A stretch of DNA of 64,000 nt, taken from Squalus acanthias (lineage: Eukaryota). The translations under genes and the position numbers were made by a program. The stretch covers positions 88,724,001 through 88,788,000 of the forward strand of contig CM059432.1 in NCBI GenBank assembly GCA_030390025.1, given 5' to 3'. Numbering within the stretch: the first letter of the stretch is position 1; each line of letters starts with the position of its first letter. Below the pieces are notes generated by a model. That model did no database searches, was not told where the DNA came from, and was given only the letters and a program-made list of their open reading frames with translations. Below, in pieces: positions 1 through 10,547 of the stretch.

Positions 1-1209
1 ACACACCAGCTGGACGTTAAGGGAGTGGAAGCCCTTGCGGTTGATAAATACAGCTGGGTTGTGTTGGGGTGCCCTAATAGCCACATGTGTGCAGTCTACG
101 ACGCCCTGCACCCTTGGGAAGCCTGCCATATTTGCCAAGCCAACCGTACGCGCGGTTACACTTGCTTCATCAATGGAGAAGTGGATGTAATTGTGTGACT
201 TTGCAAAGAGGGCATTGGTAGCCTGCGTGATGCAGGCGTGTGCGGCCAACTGGGAGATGCCGCTGATGTCTGCTGCTGATCCCTGTAAAGACCCTGAAGC
301 AAAAAAGTTGAGTGTGGTGGTGACTTTGACAGTAAGGAGTGTCCACCCGCACCTCTGGGCTCCAGGTGTTGATGCAGCATTGTGCAGATGTCAGCGACTA
401 CCTCTTGCGAAAGTCTCAGCCTCCTTTGGCACTGCTTCTCACTCATGTTGAGGAAGCTCATCCTCGGCCTGTAAACCCTGTGTTGGGGGTATCTCCTGCG
501 GCGCAGTGCCGCCCTGCGCTGATGCCCTCTGCCCTGTGCAGCATCAGGTGGCTGAGGAGAAGGTTGGCGCTCCTGTTGTTGCTGCTGCTGTTGTGCTCAT
601 TCTTCTGCTGCTGCGGCTGCTCTTCCTCTGATTCTGAGGACCAGGATGAGAGGATATAAATGGTTCCCATACCGCGGGTATATATCTCAGTTGAGGAATA
701 GATGTTATAAGCGCTCAGTCAATGTGGGGAGAGGGTTTTCCAAGGAGGTCACAGTGCAGATGGATCTCAGCTTAAACAGTTACAAGCTCAATATACCTGC
801 AAAATGTGTTCCAAAACCTCAAAACACAAAGTTCTGCCATCTGAAAGTGAGCTCATGTTACAGGTCCACTTTTATGCTGCAGGTGCAGCTGTCAAGAATT
901 CAGCTACTTGCTGAACCCGGCACAATCAGCTGGCGTGTTTGGCGCATGACGTGCAACACGCTGAAAATGTAGTAAAATGGGAAGAGTCTCTTAAAATGGG
1001 ATTATGTGGGCAGTTAACAAGCTGTTAACTGCCTTAAGTGCCTTTCTCGCCGCTTGGTGTCGGGTCTGATCGGGACTTGCAGACCCCACACTTTGCAAAG
1101 TTGCGTGGAGGCGGGATGGCGGCAGGTTCGCAACCCTTATCAATCATTTAGATTTTCACTCCTGACTCGCCTCCAAACCCGCCCTCTGAGCGCCAGCAAA
1201 ATCGCGGCC
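1..1209 (-). mobile_element. PIF/Harbinger transposon end with decayed transposase N-terminal half (continues beyond window start)
   Basis: Minus strand of 1-130 translates to [41 protein letters not shown] (Harbinger first catalytic D motif). ORF 156-461 resembles the N-terminus of the transposase at 45898. The terminus GGCCGCGATTTTGCTGG (minus, at 1209) resembles other Harbinger ends in the window. Confidence 0.85.
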
Positions 1210-1964
1210 AGTGTTTCTGCATTCCACCAGAATCCTTACCTCAGTTGTACCTCCTTGGGCCTAAATATTTTTGTCCCCCATTTTTCTTTTGTAATTAGTT
1301 ATTAATTATTGTTCAGATTACAAGATTATTGTATTCTGCACATAAATTGATATCTTGCTATAAAAGAAACAAAACAGTATTCCAAATTCAGACCTTCCAT
1401 GGTTCATACGCTAAAATGGGATGTCTGAGGTATGACACCTGAAGTGTGACAAGAAGCAAGTGTGATGCTTATTGGAAGTGCACGTTTATGCAAAATTTTA
1501 ATTTATTCTAGATAGCATAATAGCCAATATTTCATACATACTACAGTAAAGTGATCAATATTGATCACGTAACAACTGTCACTACAAGGCATTTCTAAGA
1601 GATTTGATAAAGGTGATATAAATGCAAGTCTGCCTTTCTTTCAATATCCCCACGTGATATATTCAAGTAACTATTTTATCAATAAATAGTTTCAGTAAAA
1701 TAGGAATCTTATATTATCTGAAATTTTTTGGTTAAAAGAAAGTGCTTAATTATTAAAGTAAATTAGGTTTCAACAAAAAACATCAATTTAAAAAATAAGC
1801 CAACAAAATGTTGCTAATTCAATACTATTACCTCCCTTTTCCCTTTGAGCAAAAAGGTGGATTTTATATTTCCTTGCCACATATCATTTACATATTAAAA
1901 TGAGTGTTTAATATAGTTCCTTGTGTGTTCGAGTTTACATTGTCATTTTAAAGTTGCCTTCATC

Positions 1965-4199
1965 AACAGAGAGAAATATTAAGGTCAAAGCTTGATTCAG
2001 AAAGGAGAGAAGCAAAGCTGGAATTAGAAAGCAGAAAATTAGTAAGTGAGTTTGGAAGGCAGAGAAAACAAAGGATAGAAAATGAACAACAAAGAAGTTT
2101 GGCAGTGCTTAATGGTATATACTTCAATGCAAGCAGTCTAGTGAATAAGGCAGATGAACTGAGGGCACGCGTGGAAGTATGATATCATAGCTATTACTGA
2201 AACATGGCTGAAAAAAGGGCAGGAATGGCAGCTCAACATTCCTGGTTACAGGGTTTTCAGACGAGATAGAGAGGGGGATAAAAAAGGAAGGGGTCGCAAT
2301 ATTGGTTTAAAGAAACAATTATAGATGTGAGGAGGGATGCTATGTTAGAAGGATCATCAAATGAGGCCATATGGGTTGAAATGAAGAACAAAACTGGGCA
2401 ATCACACTGCTAGGAATGTACTATAGACCCCCAAATAGTCAGTGGGAGATAGAAGAACAAATATGTAGGCAAATTTCTGAGAAGTGCAAAAACAATAGGG
2501 CAGTAATAGTGGGGGATTTCAACTACCCTAATAATAACTGGGATAGAATCAGTGTAAAAGGTATAGAGGGTACAGAATTCTTAAAATGCATTCAGAAGAA
2601 CTTTTTTAGCTAGTACGTAGCAAGCCCAAAAAGAGAAGGGGCAGTTCTGGACTTAGTTTTAGGGAATGAAGCTGGGCAGGTGGAAGGGGTATCAATGCAT
2701 TTTGGTGGTCGTGATCATAATTCAGGTAGATTTAGCGTAGTTATGGAAAAGGACAAAGATGGACCAGGAGTAAAAGTTCTCAATTGGGAAAAGGCCAATC
2801 TTACTAAGCTGAGATGTGATTTTGCAAAAGTGGACTGGAAACAGCTACTTGACGGTAAATCAGTGTCAGAGCAGTGGGAGGCATTCAAGGAGGAGATAGT
2901 GAGGGTTCAGAGCAAATATGTTCCCACAAAGAAAAAGGGTGGACTCCCAAATCTAGAGCCCCCTGGATGTCAAGGAGCATACAGGGTAGGATAAGGCAAA
3001 AAACGGAAGCACCTGTCAGATACCGAGAGCTAAACACTACAGAAAGCCTAGAGGAGGACAGAAAGCGCAGGGGTGAAATTAAAAAGGAAATTAGGAAAGC
3101 AAAGAGAGGCCATGTAAAAATATTGGCAAGTAAAATCAAGGAAAACCCAAAGATGTTTTATAAATACATAAAGAGCAAGAGGATAACTAAAGAAAGAGTA
3201 GCGCCTATCAGAGATCAAAAAGGTAACCTGTGTGTGGAGGCGGAATTGTGGGTTTGGTTCATAATGAATACTTTGCGTCTGTCTTCACAAAATAGAGAGA
3301 GATGATGCAGACATTGTAATTAAGGAGGAAGAGTGTGAAATATTAGATGAGATAAACATAGTGAGGGAGGAAATATTAAGGGGTTTAGCCTCTTTGAAAG
3401 TAGATAAATCGCCAGGCACGGATAAAAAGTAACCCAGGCTGTTAAAAGAAGCAAGGGGGGAAATAGCGGAGGCTCTGACTATCATTTTACAATCCTCTCT
3501 GGCTACAGGTGTTGGTGCCGGAGGACTGGAGGACTGCTAATGTTGTAACGTTGTTTAAAGAGGGAGAAAAGGATAGACCGAGTAATTGCAGGCCAGTCAA
3601 CCTAACCTTGGTGGTGGGCAAATGATTGGAAAAAATTCTGAGGGACAGTATTAACCATCATTTAGAAAGTCACGGATTAATCAAGAACAGTCAGGATGGA
3701 TTTGTTAAGAGAAAGTTGTGTCTGACTAACTGATTGAATCTTTGAGGCGGTAACAAGGAGGGTTGATGAGGGTAGCACGTTTGATGTAGTCTACATGGAT
3801 TTTAGCAAGGCATCTGACAAGGTCCCACACGGCAGATTGGTCAGGAAAGTAAAAGCCCATGGGATCCAAGGGAAAGTGGCAAGTTGGATCCAAAATTGGC
3901 TCAGTGGCAGAAAGTGTTTTTGTGACTGGAAGGCTGTTTCCAGTGGGGTTCCGCAGGACTCAGTACTAGGTGTCTTGCTTTTTGTGGTATATATCAATGA
4001 TTTAGACTTCAATGTAGGGGGCATGATTAAGAAGTTTGCAGATGATACAAAATTGGCTGTGTGGTCGATAGTGAGGAAGAAAGCTGTAGACTGCAGAAAG
4101 ATATCAATGGACTGGTCAGGTGAGCAGAAAAGTGGCAAATGGAATTCAATACGGAGAAGTGTGAGGTAATGCATTTGGAGAGGGCTAACAAGGCAAGTG
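1965..4199 (+). mobile_element. CR1 LINE ORF2, 5' part (APE endonuclease + RT), decayed; interrupted by the LTR element
   Basis: Translated fragments YFNASSL, AITETWL, YYRPPN, IVGDFNYP (APE endonuclease) and MDFSKASDKVPH, SGVPQDSVLG, FADDTK (RT), with many stops and frameshifts. The left boundary is approximate. Confidence 0.93.
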
Positions 4200-5141
4200 T
4201 GTAAAGTTTCCAAAATTTGCTGATCCCCCCAAAAAAAATCTAAAGGGAAAAAATAAGGACTTTGGAACTTTAAAGGAACATGTCTGGACATGTACAACAC
4301 GTGGATCTACCTCTGTGAATAGCAGGCTTGAGATTGCATTGTCTGGGAATTCAAAGCCCAGCAAACATTAACATTTGGACAATAGGCCCTGGGAGAAGGC
4401 CGCCCCACCCAAAACACAGAGCCCATAGAAATGCTAGGCCCAGCAAGGAACCCAAAGCATGAGAACAATGCAAGCTTCCATGGAACAACAGCTCAACAGG
4501 ACGCAGGCCATTTGATTTGGTTTAGCATAGTTGAAGGCCCATCAAAATTTAACAAGACAATGAACAGGCCTCACCTGAAAACTCAATGCATTACGAAACC
4601 AGTTTTCGTGAGGAGTTTTGTGGGGGGTGGGGGAGAAAAAGGACTATAATTGCAGCAGGACCCAAGATTTCTTTCTCTTTTGACTCGCCGACCACGCTGG
4701 AACAACGCTCCCTCTCAGCTCTGCCCAGAAGCCACATGGTAAAGGAAGACATTCGATGACCAGAATCACCATCAACTTACCTGGCTGGATTTCATACTGT
4801 TAATACCCCTGTTTGGTGAGCATTATCCCTGATCTCCTGAAACCGAAACCTAGCTAGAAAGTGGGATTTTTGGGAGGGATAAAGGTTTTTCTTGTATACT
4901 GTCATTTTCCCTTGCCTGTAACCGTGTGTTCCCCAAACCTGTTTAAGTGTGAAGTGTGTTTAAGTTTGTTACCTTTTAATTTTAATAAAAGTTATAGTTC
5001 TTTCATCGGAACCTGTTGTCTACTGCATCTTTATTCACAACCCCTAAATAAGTCCAAGTTTTGAACCTGGGGAGTGGGAGCGAATTCGAACCGCTCACTG
5101 AGTCAGGGAAAGGCTGACCCCTACCACAACCACCCCCTACA
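4200..5141 (+). repeat. 5' LTR (942 bp)
   Basis: Starts TGTAAAG and ends CCTACA. TATA-like CTATAAT near 4644, AATAAA at 4984-4989. Near-identical to 10895-11844. Confidence 0.96.
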
Positions 5142-5144
5142 AAA

Positions 5145-5164
5145 TGGCGACCGTGGCAAGGACT
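5145..5164 (+). promoter_or_regulatory. Primer binding site, tRNA-Arg(TCG)-like
   Basis: TGGCGACCGTGGCAAGGACT lies 3 nt after the LTR end. It resembles the complement of the tRNA-Arg(TCG) 3' end as I recall it (TGGCGACCGCGGCAGGACT), with one substitution and one extra A. Confidence 0.7.
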
Positions 5165-5216
5165 TGGCAAAAGGGGTTGTGAAGCAGTAGACACTGATTT
5201 GGAAGAGAGAACTGTA

Positions 5217-6944
5217 ATGGAAGAGAGGATTTCAGATTATGTATTCAGCAAAGTGAATATGGAAAAGAAGTGGGTCACTAATCTGTCAAAAACTGGGCGC
5301 CCGGTAGATGCAGCAGCTAAATGGACAGAAGGGAAGGATCATAAAAAATCCTTAGAAAAGGCAGTCTGGCTGATGTGCTTCAAGAAACAGATCCAACTTT
5401 TGGACAGACTCGTTGAAGCACAGGCAGCCGAGATTCGGGAGTCAGCCCTGGAAGTCCAAACAAAGGCCCTAGCAGGGGAGAAGTTACTGTTAGCATTGCA
5501 GGCTCTAAACCAGGAAAGGGTGCAGTTAGTGGGGGAACACAAGACCCGGCAGGATTATTTACAGTGCCAGGTCACTGAGGCCAAGAACAATGAGCTGAGG
5601 TTGCGGGAAAAGAATGCCCGCCTGGCAAAACAAGTAAGAGAGCAGGAGGAGACAGTAAAAGGCTTACAGGCAGCCTATAAGGTAATGAGTGCACAGGGGT
5701 TTGAGGATGCGGACCATGGCCCCTGCCAGAAGCAGATAGAGAGTCTCAGCCTTGCTCTAAGGAAGGCAAGAGGCGTGGTGTGCCTCATAAGCCCAAGTGC
5801 AGCCCAGGTCGACTTTACAGGGAACCTGGGGAGAACGGTTCAGACACCAAAGATAGCGCCAAGGGACGACCCGGTTGAGGAGCGGGAGGGCCCACGACCA
5901 CCACCCATAGCGCCAAGCTTTAGCGCAGTCTGGCAAGAAGAAGGGGTGGAGTTAGGGGCAGAAGCTGAGGTGGAAAAAACCCCGCAAGAGAGGCTGGGAC
6001 TGGGGCCGATGTGCCCGGCCCGGCAGGAAAGGTTTGGCCCACCCGCTGATAACGGGGATGCGGGACCCCTCCAAAGCCAGTTCGTGGCTCCCCACAGTAT
6101 ACAACAGCTTAGGGTTATGGTAAGCCACCTGAGTAAACTCACCCAACAAGGGGACCCGTCAGTTCACTTCATAGAGGTAGAATAGGCAGCAGGCATCAAC
6201 GGCTGTGACGATGCCGAGATGGCAAAAATGCTCCTGTTCTCACTGGACAGCCGGCTATACCAGTCTCTCTCTGCTGAGAGCAAGAGAGGACAGAATGGCT
6301 ATGCGGCCATCAGAGAGGAAGTTTTAGAGGCCATGGGGATGAATGAGGGAAGTCCTTTCTCCCGGGTGGAGAAAACAGTGCAGCTCACAGGAGAGACCCC
6401 ACAGGCTTTCGCAGACAGGCTGTGGCCCGTGTACAGGGGTGCTTGTGGTGGGGATCTTAACAGGGCTCACCTAAACCGGGACGAGCTGGCCCACTGGCTC
6501 CGTAGCCTAGTGGCAAACAGCTTGCCTCAGATCAAAACCCAGGCTGAGCTTTGGTTTGACCCGAAAGACCCTCGGGTCACCGAGGAGGCAGTGGTCAGAC
6601 AGCTGAACCTGGCCAACCGGAACGGGAGAGGGGCGGAAGAGCCCCCACAAAAAGGGAAAGTACATGAAATAAAACCCGGCCAGAGTAGGAAGGAGTGGCA
6701 TCAGGAAGGGAATAACCCTTCCAGCACAAAGCTTAACTGTTATGGGTGTGGGAAGGATGGTCACTGGAGGAAGGAGTGTAAGAATCCTTGGAAGGATAAC
6801 AAGGGAAAGAATTCCTCAGCCCCAGCCCAAAAGGCAGAGACAGGGATCCCTCCCGCCACGGTCGAGTCATTTTTGGACACCATGAGGTCCCTATTGACTG
6901 GCCCAGGGAAGGTAGCAGCAACCCCATACAACCCAGACCTATGA
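5217..6944 (+). CDS. gag: Gag (~575 aa: N-terminal coiled-coil, Pro-rich linker, capsid-like region, one CCHC zinc knuckle); one in-frame TAG at 6183-6185
   Basis: ORFs 5199-6185 and 6219-6944 are in the same frame, separated by a single stop. The knuckle CYGCGKDGHWRKEC (CX2CX4HX4C) is at 6738-6779. Position is directly after the PBS. Confidence 0.9.
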
Positions 6945-8009
6945 CTGGAACCAGCGCAGCCTGTCTACCTGTGTCCCCTTGAAAGACACGCACAGGAAGA
7001 GACCTCTTGTAAGGAGGCCAGGTTAAATGAGCAGGCTTTACGGGAGGAGAACGCCCGCTTAATGGGGAAAGTAGGCGGGCTAGAGGGGCAGCTTAGAGAC
7101 ATAAAGGCAGCCTACAGGGTAGCCAGGAGCAGGGAGTATGAGGATTTAAACCATGGGCCCTGTGAGGAAAGGATAAAAGGTCTGACCCAAGCCCTATCCA
7201 AAGCCAGAGGGATGGTTTGCTCAACAACCCCGGGGGAATTCACCACCCCGCAGTTGCAAGCCATGGTAGCAGAGTTGACCAAATTAAAACAGAATAGAAA
7301 CCCTCAGCCTGCAGCAGGACCAAATTCACAGACTGCACAAGCAGGGGCGGTGGCCTGTCTTGAGGGAGGAGTCACCCAGGCCCCTGTTCAAACCACCCCA
7401 ACTCTCTTCTGGGACTCAGGTGGGGAGGAGGAGGAGCCCGAACCAGATAGCCCCGCCCCCGACCCAGGTTTTGAACCTGGAGGCGAAAATCCTCAGCCTG
7501 CAGCAGGAGAAAATTCACAGACTGCACAAGCAGGGGTGGCGGCCTGTCTTAGGGGAGGGGCCACCCCACCCACCGTTTGGGACATTCCCCCAATCCTCTG
7601 GGATTTAGAGGAGGAGGAGCCCGAACCAGATAGCCCCGCCCCCGACCCAGGTTTTGAACAAGCACCAGGCTGCGAAGAGTCACCTGACCCTGAAACAGGT
7701 TTAGAAGAGGTACAGACTGAGGATAGAAATCCCCAGCCAGTGGCAGTGGAAGATTCACAGACCACACAACAGGGGGCAGTGGCTCGTGTTAAAGACCCAC
7801 CAGCCAGAGCCCCTAGAAGGTCCCCACGTACGCCACAGCCAAAGAAACCGTGGTCACCGGCTCCCCAATTTAAAAGGGCCGCCCCTCAAGCCAGGGATCG
7901 ATCTGAGGACAGAGGTTCCTGGCCAGCAGCCATAGGCTGCAAGGGACAAAAGGTACAGGACAAGGCCACACCAAAGGGAGTAGTGTGCTGCAGCCCGAAC
8001 AGGGTTTAG
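6945..8009 (+). CDS. ORFX in the pol slot: open frame continuous with gag after TGA; second Gag-like coiled-coil, acidic Pro-rich repeats, basic tail
   Basis: No stop from 6945 to 8006 in the gag frame (first ATG 7062). Segment 7014-7220 aligns without gaps to Gag 5577-5783 (33/69 identical by hand count). No polymerase motifs. Confidence 0.75.
   Translation: MEPAQPVYLCPLERHAQEETSCKEARLNEQALREENARLMGKVGGLEGQLRDIKAAYRVARSREYEDLNHGPCEERIKGLTQALSKARGMVCSTTPGEFTTPQLQAMVAELTKLKQNRNPQPAAGPNSQTAQAGAVACLEGGVTQAPVQTTPTLFWDSGGEEEEPEPDSPAPDPGFEPGGENPQPAAGENSQTAQAGVAACLRGGATPPTVWDIPPILWDLEEEEPEPDSPAPDPGFEQAPGCEESPDPETGLEEVQTEDRNPQPVAVEDSQTTQQGAVARVKDPPARAPRRSPRTPQPKKPWSPAPQFKRAAPQARDRSEDRGSWPAAIGCKGQKVQDKATPKGVVCCSPNRV
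7298..7790 (+). repeat. Coding tandem repeat, 189-bp period, two copies plus a partial third
   Basis: CCTCAGCCTGCAGCAGGA at 7302 and 7491. The peptide NPQPAAG.NSQTAQAG...EEEEPEPDSPAPDPGFE occurs twice, with a partial NPQPVAVEDSQT near 7727. Confidence 0.9.
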
Positions 8010-8220
8010 TCTGGCCGCTCGGAGATGGGTGGCGAATGTACATAGCTTTTGTTGTTAAATTTTGAGATTGTTAAGTTTGGGTGTTTTTAATTAAATTTTA
8101 AGTAAGGTGGTTGGTAGTTTTAAATGTTATAGTTTCAAGAGTGTTTTGTATTGAGTCGAGGTCGCAAGACCCGACCATGCTTCACCCAAGCCAGAGAATC
8201 TACTCGGGACCTGGCTATAT

Positions 8221-8240
8221 GCTCTTGTGTCTCCTTACAG
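8221..8240 (+). promoter_or_regulatory. Putative env splice acceptor
   Basis: Pyrimidine-rich GCTCTTGTGTCTCCTTACAG ends 13 nt before the env ATG at 8254. Confidence 0.65.
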
Positions 8241-8253
8241 AAGGGATTTCGAT

Positions 8254-10547
8254 ATGAAGGGGGGCATACTCCTACTCGCTCTGATAGGAATGAGCGCTGG
8301 GAGGCGAGGTGACGTGGAGGACTCCCACATTTTTGGGTGCTCAGGAGAGAGAGCACCGGTTGTGACTGCGGGTGGCAGCAAGCGAGGCGTGAAGGAGCTC
8401 GCTACCTATTCCCACGTGGGAAGATGGCCAGGGTGGCTGGGATCTAACTCCACCCGATACTCCAGTCAGACCGGGCTCACCTACGGGGAGGCCTCCCTCC
8501 CCTGTCCCAGCATACAGGTTGTAGCCACTCGGGTCGGGGTCACTGAGGGGAAACGCGTGTGCCTGACCTGCAGAGGACAGATTCCCCTGGGAAGGTGGTG
8601 GTGGCTCAGGAAGCTGAGCAGAGACATGGGGGACCGTACAGCTGACTGGGAGCGACTGGGGAATGACACCCATCGGACCATTACAGGGGACCATAGGGGG
8701 GTGAGCGTGTGCTGGGACAAGTGGTGGAAATCGAACAGGGGATTTATGTCTGCATGTGGGGGTCGCGGAAGGCCTGCCCCACGGGCATATCCATTATCTT
8801 TTCCGCAGCATGGCTGGATAAGGGGAAGGGGGTGGAATGGGATTCCCACCTACACACTTGCATAGTCCTGCCCTCTCCAGCCCCAGTCAAGGCCACTGAA
8901 CTCGTGGCAAACGCCCGTAAGCCCCTGCCCATGACCCAGACAGCAAGGACACACACAGAGACGTGCCCTACCACCACCAAGGGACCAGGGAATGGGCTGG
9001 TACTAGTGCCAACCGAAAAGGTGCTATACCAGGGGGTACACTATGCGGTAGCTTCCGTGATCCTAAACCTCACGGAGGTACACTTACCTGAGTGGTGCCC
9101 CAAAGAGATGGAACAGCTATACCAGGCCCTGTTCAGAGAAATGTTCAGGAAGTTCTACGAGTTCGATTTCGCAAACGTAGACAAAGCAGAACTGTACACT
9201 GCGCACACTGAGTATTTTAGCAATACAGGGAGACAAAGGAGGGGGGCCTGGAATGATATTTTTACAGCATATAATACAGGGTCCTCTGTCATCAACAGTC
9301 TGGATGACATAGAATTGCAGACACAAATAAACGATTTAAAAACACAATTGCGCAAAATCTTAATGGATGAAAATACAGTAGTGGGCTCAGAGTTACACGA
9401 GGACCAAGCTATGACGGTCCATTTAAAAGAAATCATTGCTGAGCTGGAAAGGCACGCAAAGACGGTAAATGCACTCATACGGGAGGACAGGAATGCATCA
9501 GACCAGGCTGCACAGAACGAGATGTGCGTACTGTACGGGGCATGGTTGCTAGGCGAGGGCCGGAGTAACCTGGAGGATTTAAAGCAAGGTTTAGTCTCCT
9601 CCTGGATCAGCAACAAGCACCTCGCAGCCCTCCACCCATTTGAGAATTCACTTAGCCTGTGTCAGCTCCGTCTAGCCTCTGAAGCCTACCCTGTACCAGT
9701 AGATTGTGGGTGTTCCAATCACACTATCATGGGGATAGTGGTGAGGATGCCGGTCATGGGTGGGACTGCCCGACCCGCACCGGTATACAGGGTGGAGAAC
9801 ATTGGAGTCATTCAAGGGGGTGCACATATCCGTTTCACAGCGGTCCTACCTTATGTCATAAAGTGGGAGCACGCTATGACAGGTACTGACCTCTCCGGGT
9901 GCCGGTGCCGGGGTTCACACATAATACTGTGTCCCCAGCACTTGAACGCCTATTCTAAACCACAGTGTGGGTTTAAAGCTGCGGGCGCACGACCTATAAA
10001 CTGTACCATGGAAGTAATGGCACAAGACCATGTTTCCCCACAGGTAGCATATATAGGAGGTGGGACATATTGTGTCACCACCAGCGCGCCTCACTACCAG
10101 TATGGACAGCATACCTGGTGTCCAGTAAGTGACAGCAGTTTCTGCTTTAAACCCGAGGCAGAAGTTCAAGTGGCCCAGGAACGGATTGTCCCCATTCCTG
10201 AACCCTCCACTGTTCACCTCACTGTAACACAAAATTTCACCAGCCTGCAAAAATATGTAGCACATTTTGGCTACGAAATTCCCCCTCTACCAGAACGCCT
10301 TACCAAGTTACTAAAAGCTGTAGAGCTATCACAAAAACATTTCTACACTTTAGAACAGAATACACACGAGATAGAGAGAGAGATTCAAGGTATCACAGTC
10401 CCACCTTGGTGGGACATCTTCGAAAACATAGAGGTCCCTTCATGGGTCAGAATGGCTTCCCACCTCCTCGTAGTTTGCCAACTGGGAATAGTATTGTACC
10501 TGTTGTGCACTCAGTGCAAGGGAAAGGGCAGAATACTACAGTTCTGA
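8254..10547 (+). CDS. env: Envelope glycoprotein (~764 aa after repair): signal peptide, Ig-like domain, Thr/Pro linker, F-type class I fusion protein, TM; one frameshift near 8720
   Basis: Signal peptide MKGGILLLALIGMSAG, furin site RQRR at 9231-9242 followed by GAWNDIFTAYNTGSSVINSL, heptad repeat, Cys-rich block, second heptad, TM ASHLLVVCQLGIVLYLLC and several N-X-S/T sites. ORFs 8227-8865 and 8709-10547 join if one base is added near 8720. Confidence 0.88.

Noticed and set aside
4431..4649. Short ORF repeated in both LTRs (also 11125-11352) as an accessory gene
   Set aside because: It is only 72-75 aa with no recognisable motif. Its recurrence is explained by LTR identity.
4776..4786. 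ACTTACCTGGC match to the U1 snRNA 5' end
   Set aside because: It is only 11 nt and no further U1 sequence follows. At most it is an antisense splice-donor-like site.
5075..5098. tRNA gene suggested by GGTTCGA on the minus strand
   Set aside because: No cloverleaf or acceptor stem can be built. It is kept only as an LTR hairpin motif.
6183..6185. TAG in gag as a programmed readthrough site
   Set aside because: It falls inside the capsid-like region, upstream of the zinc knuckle, in a non-leaky context. A CAG>TAG mutation is simpler.
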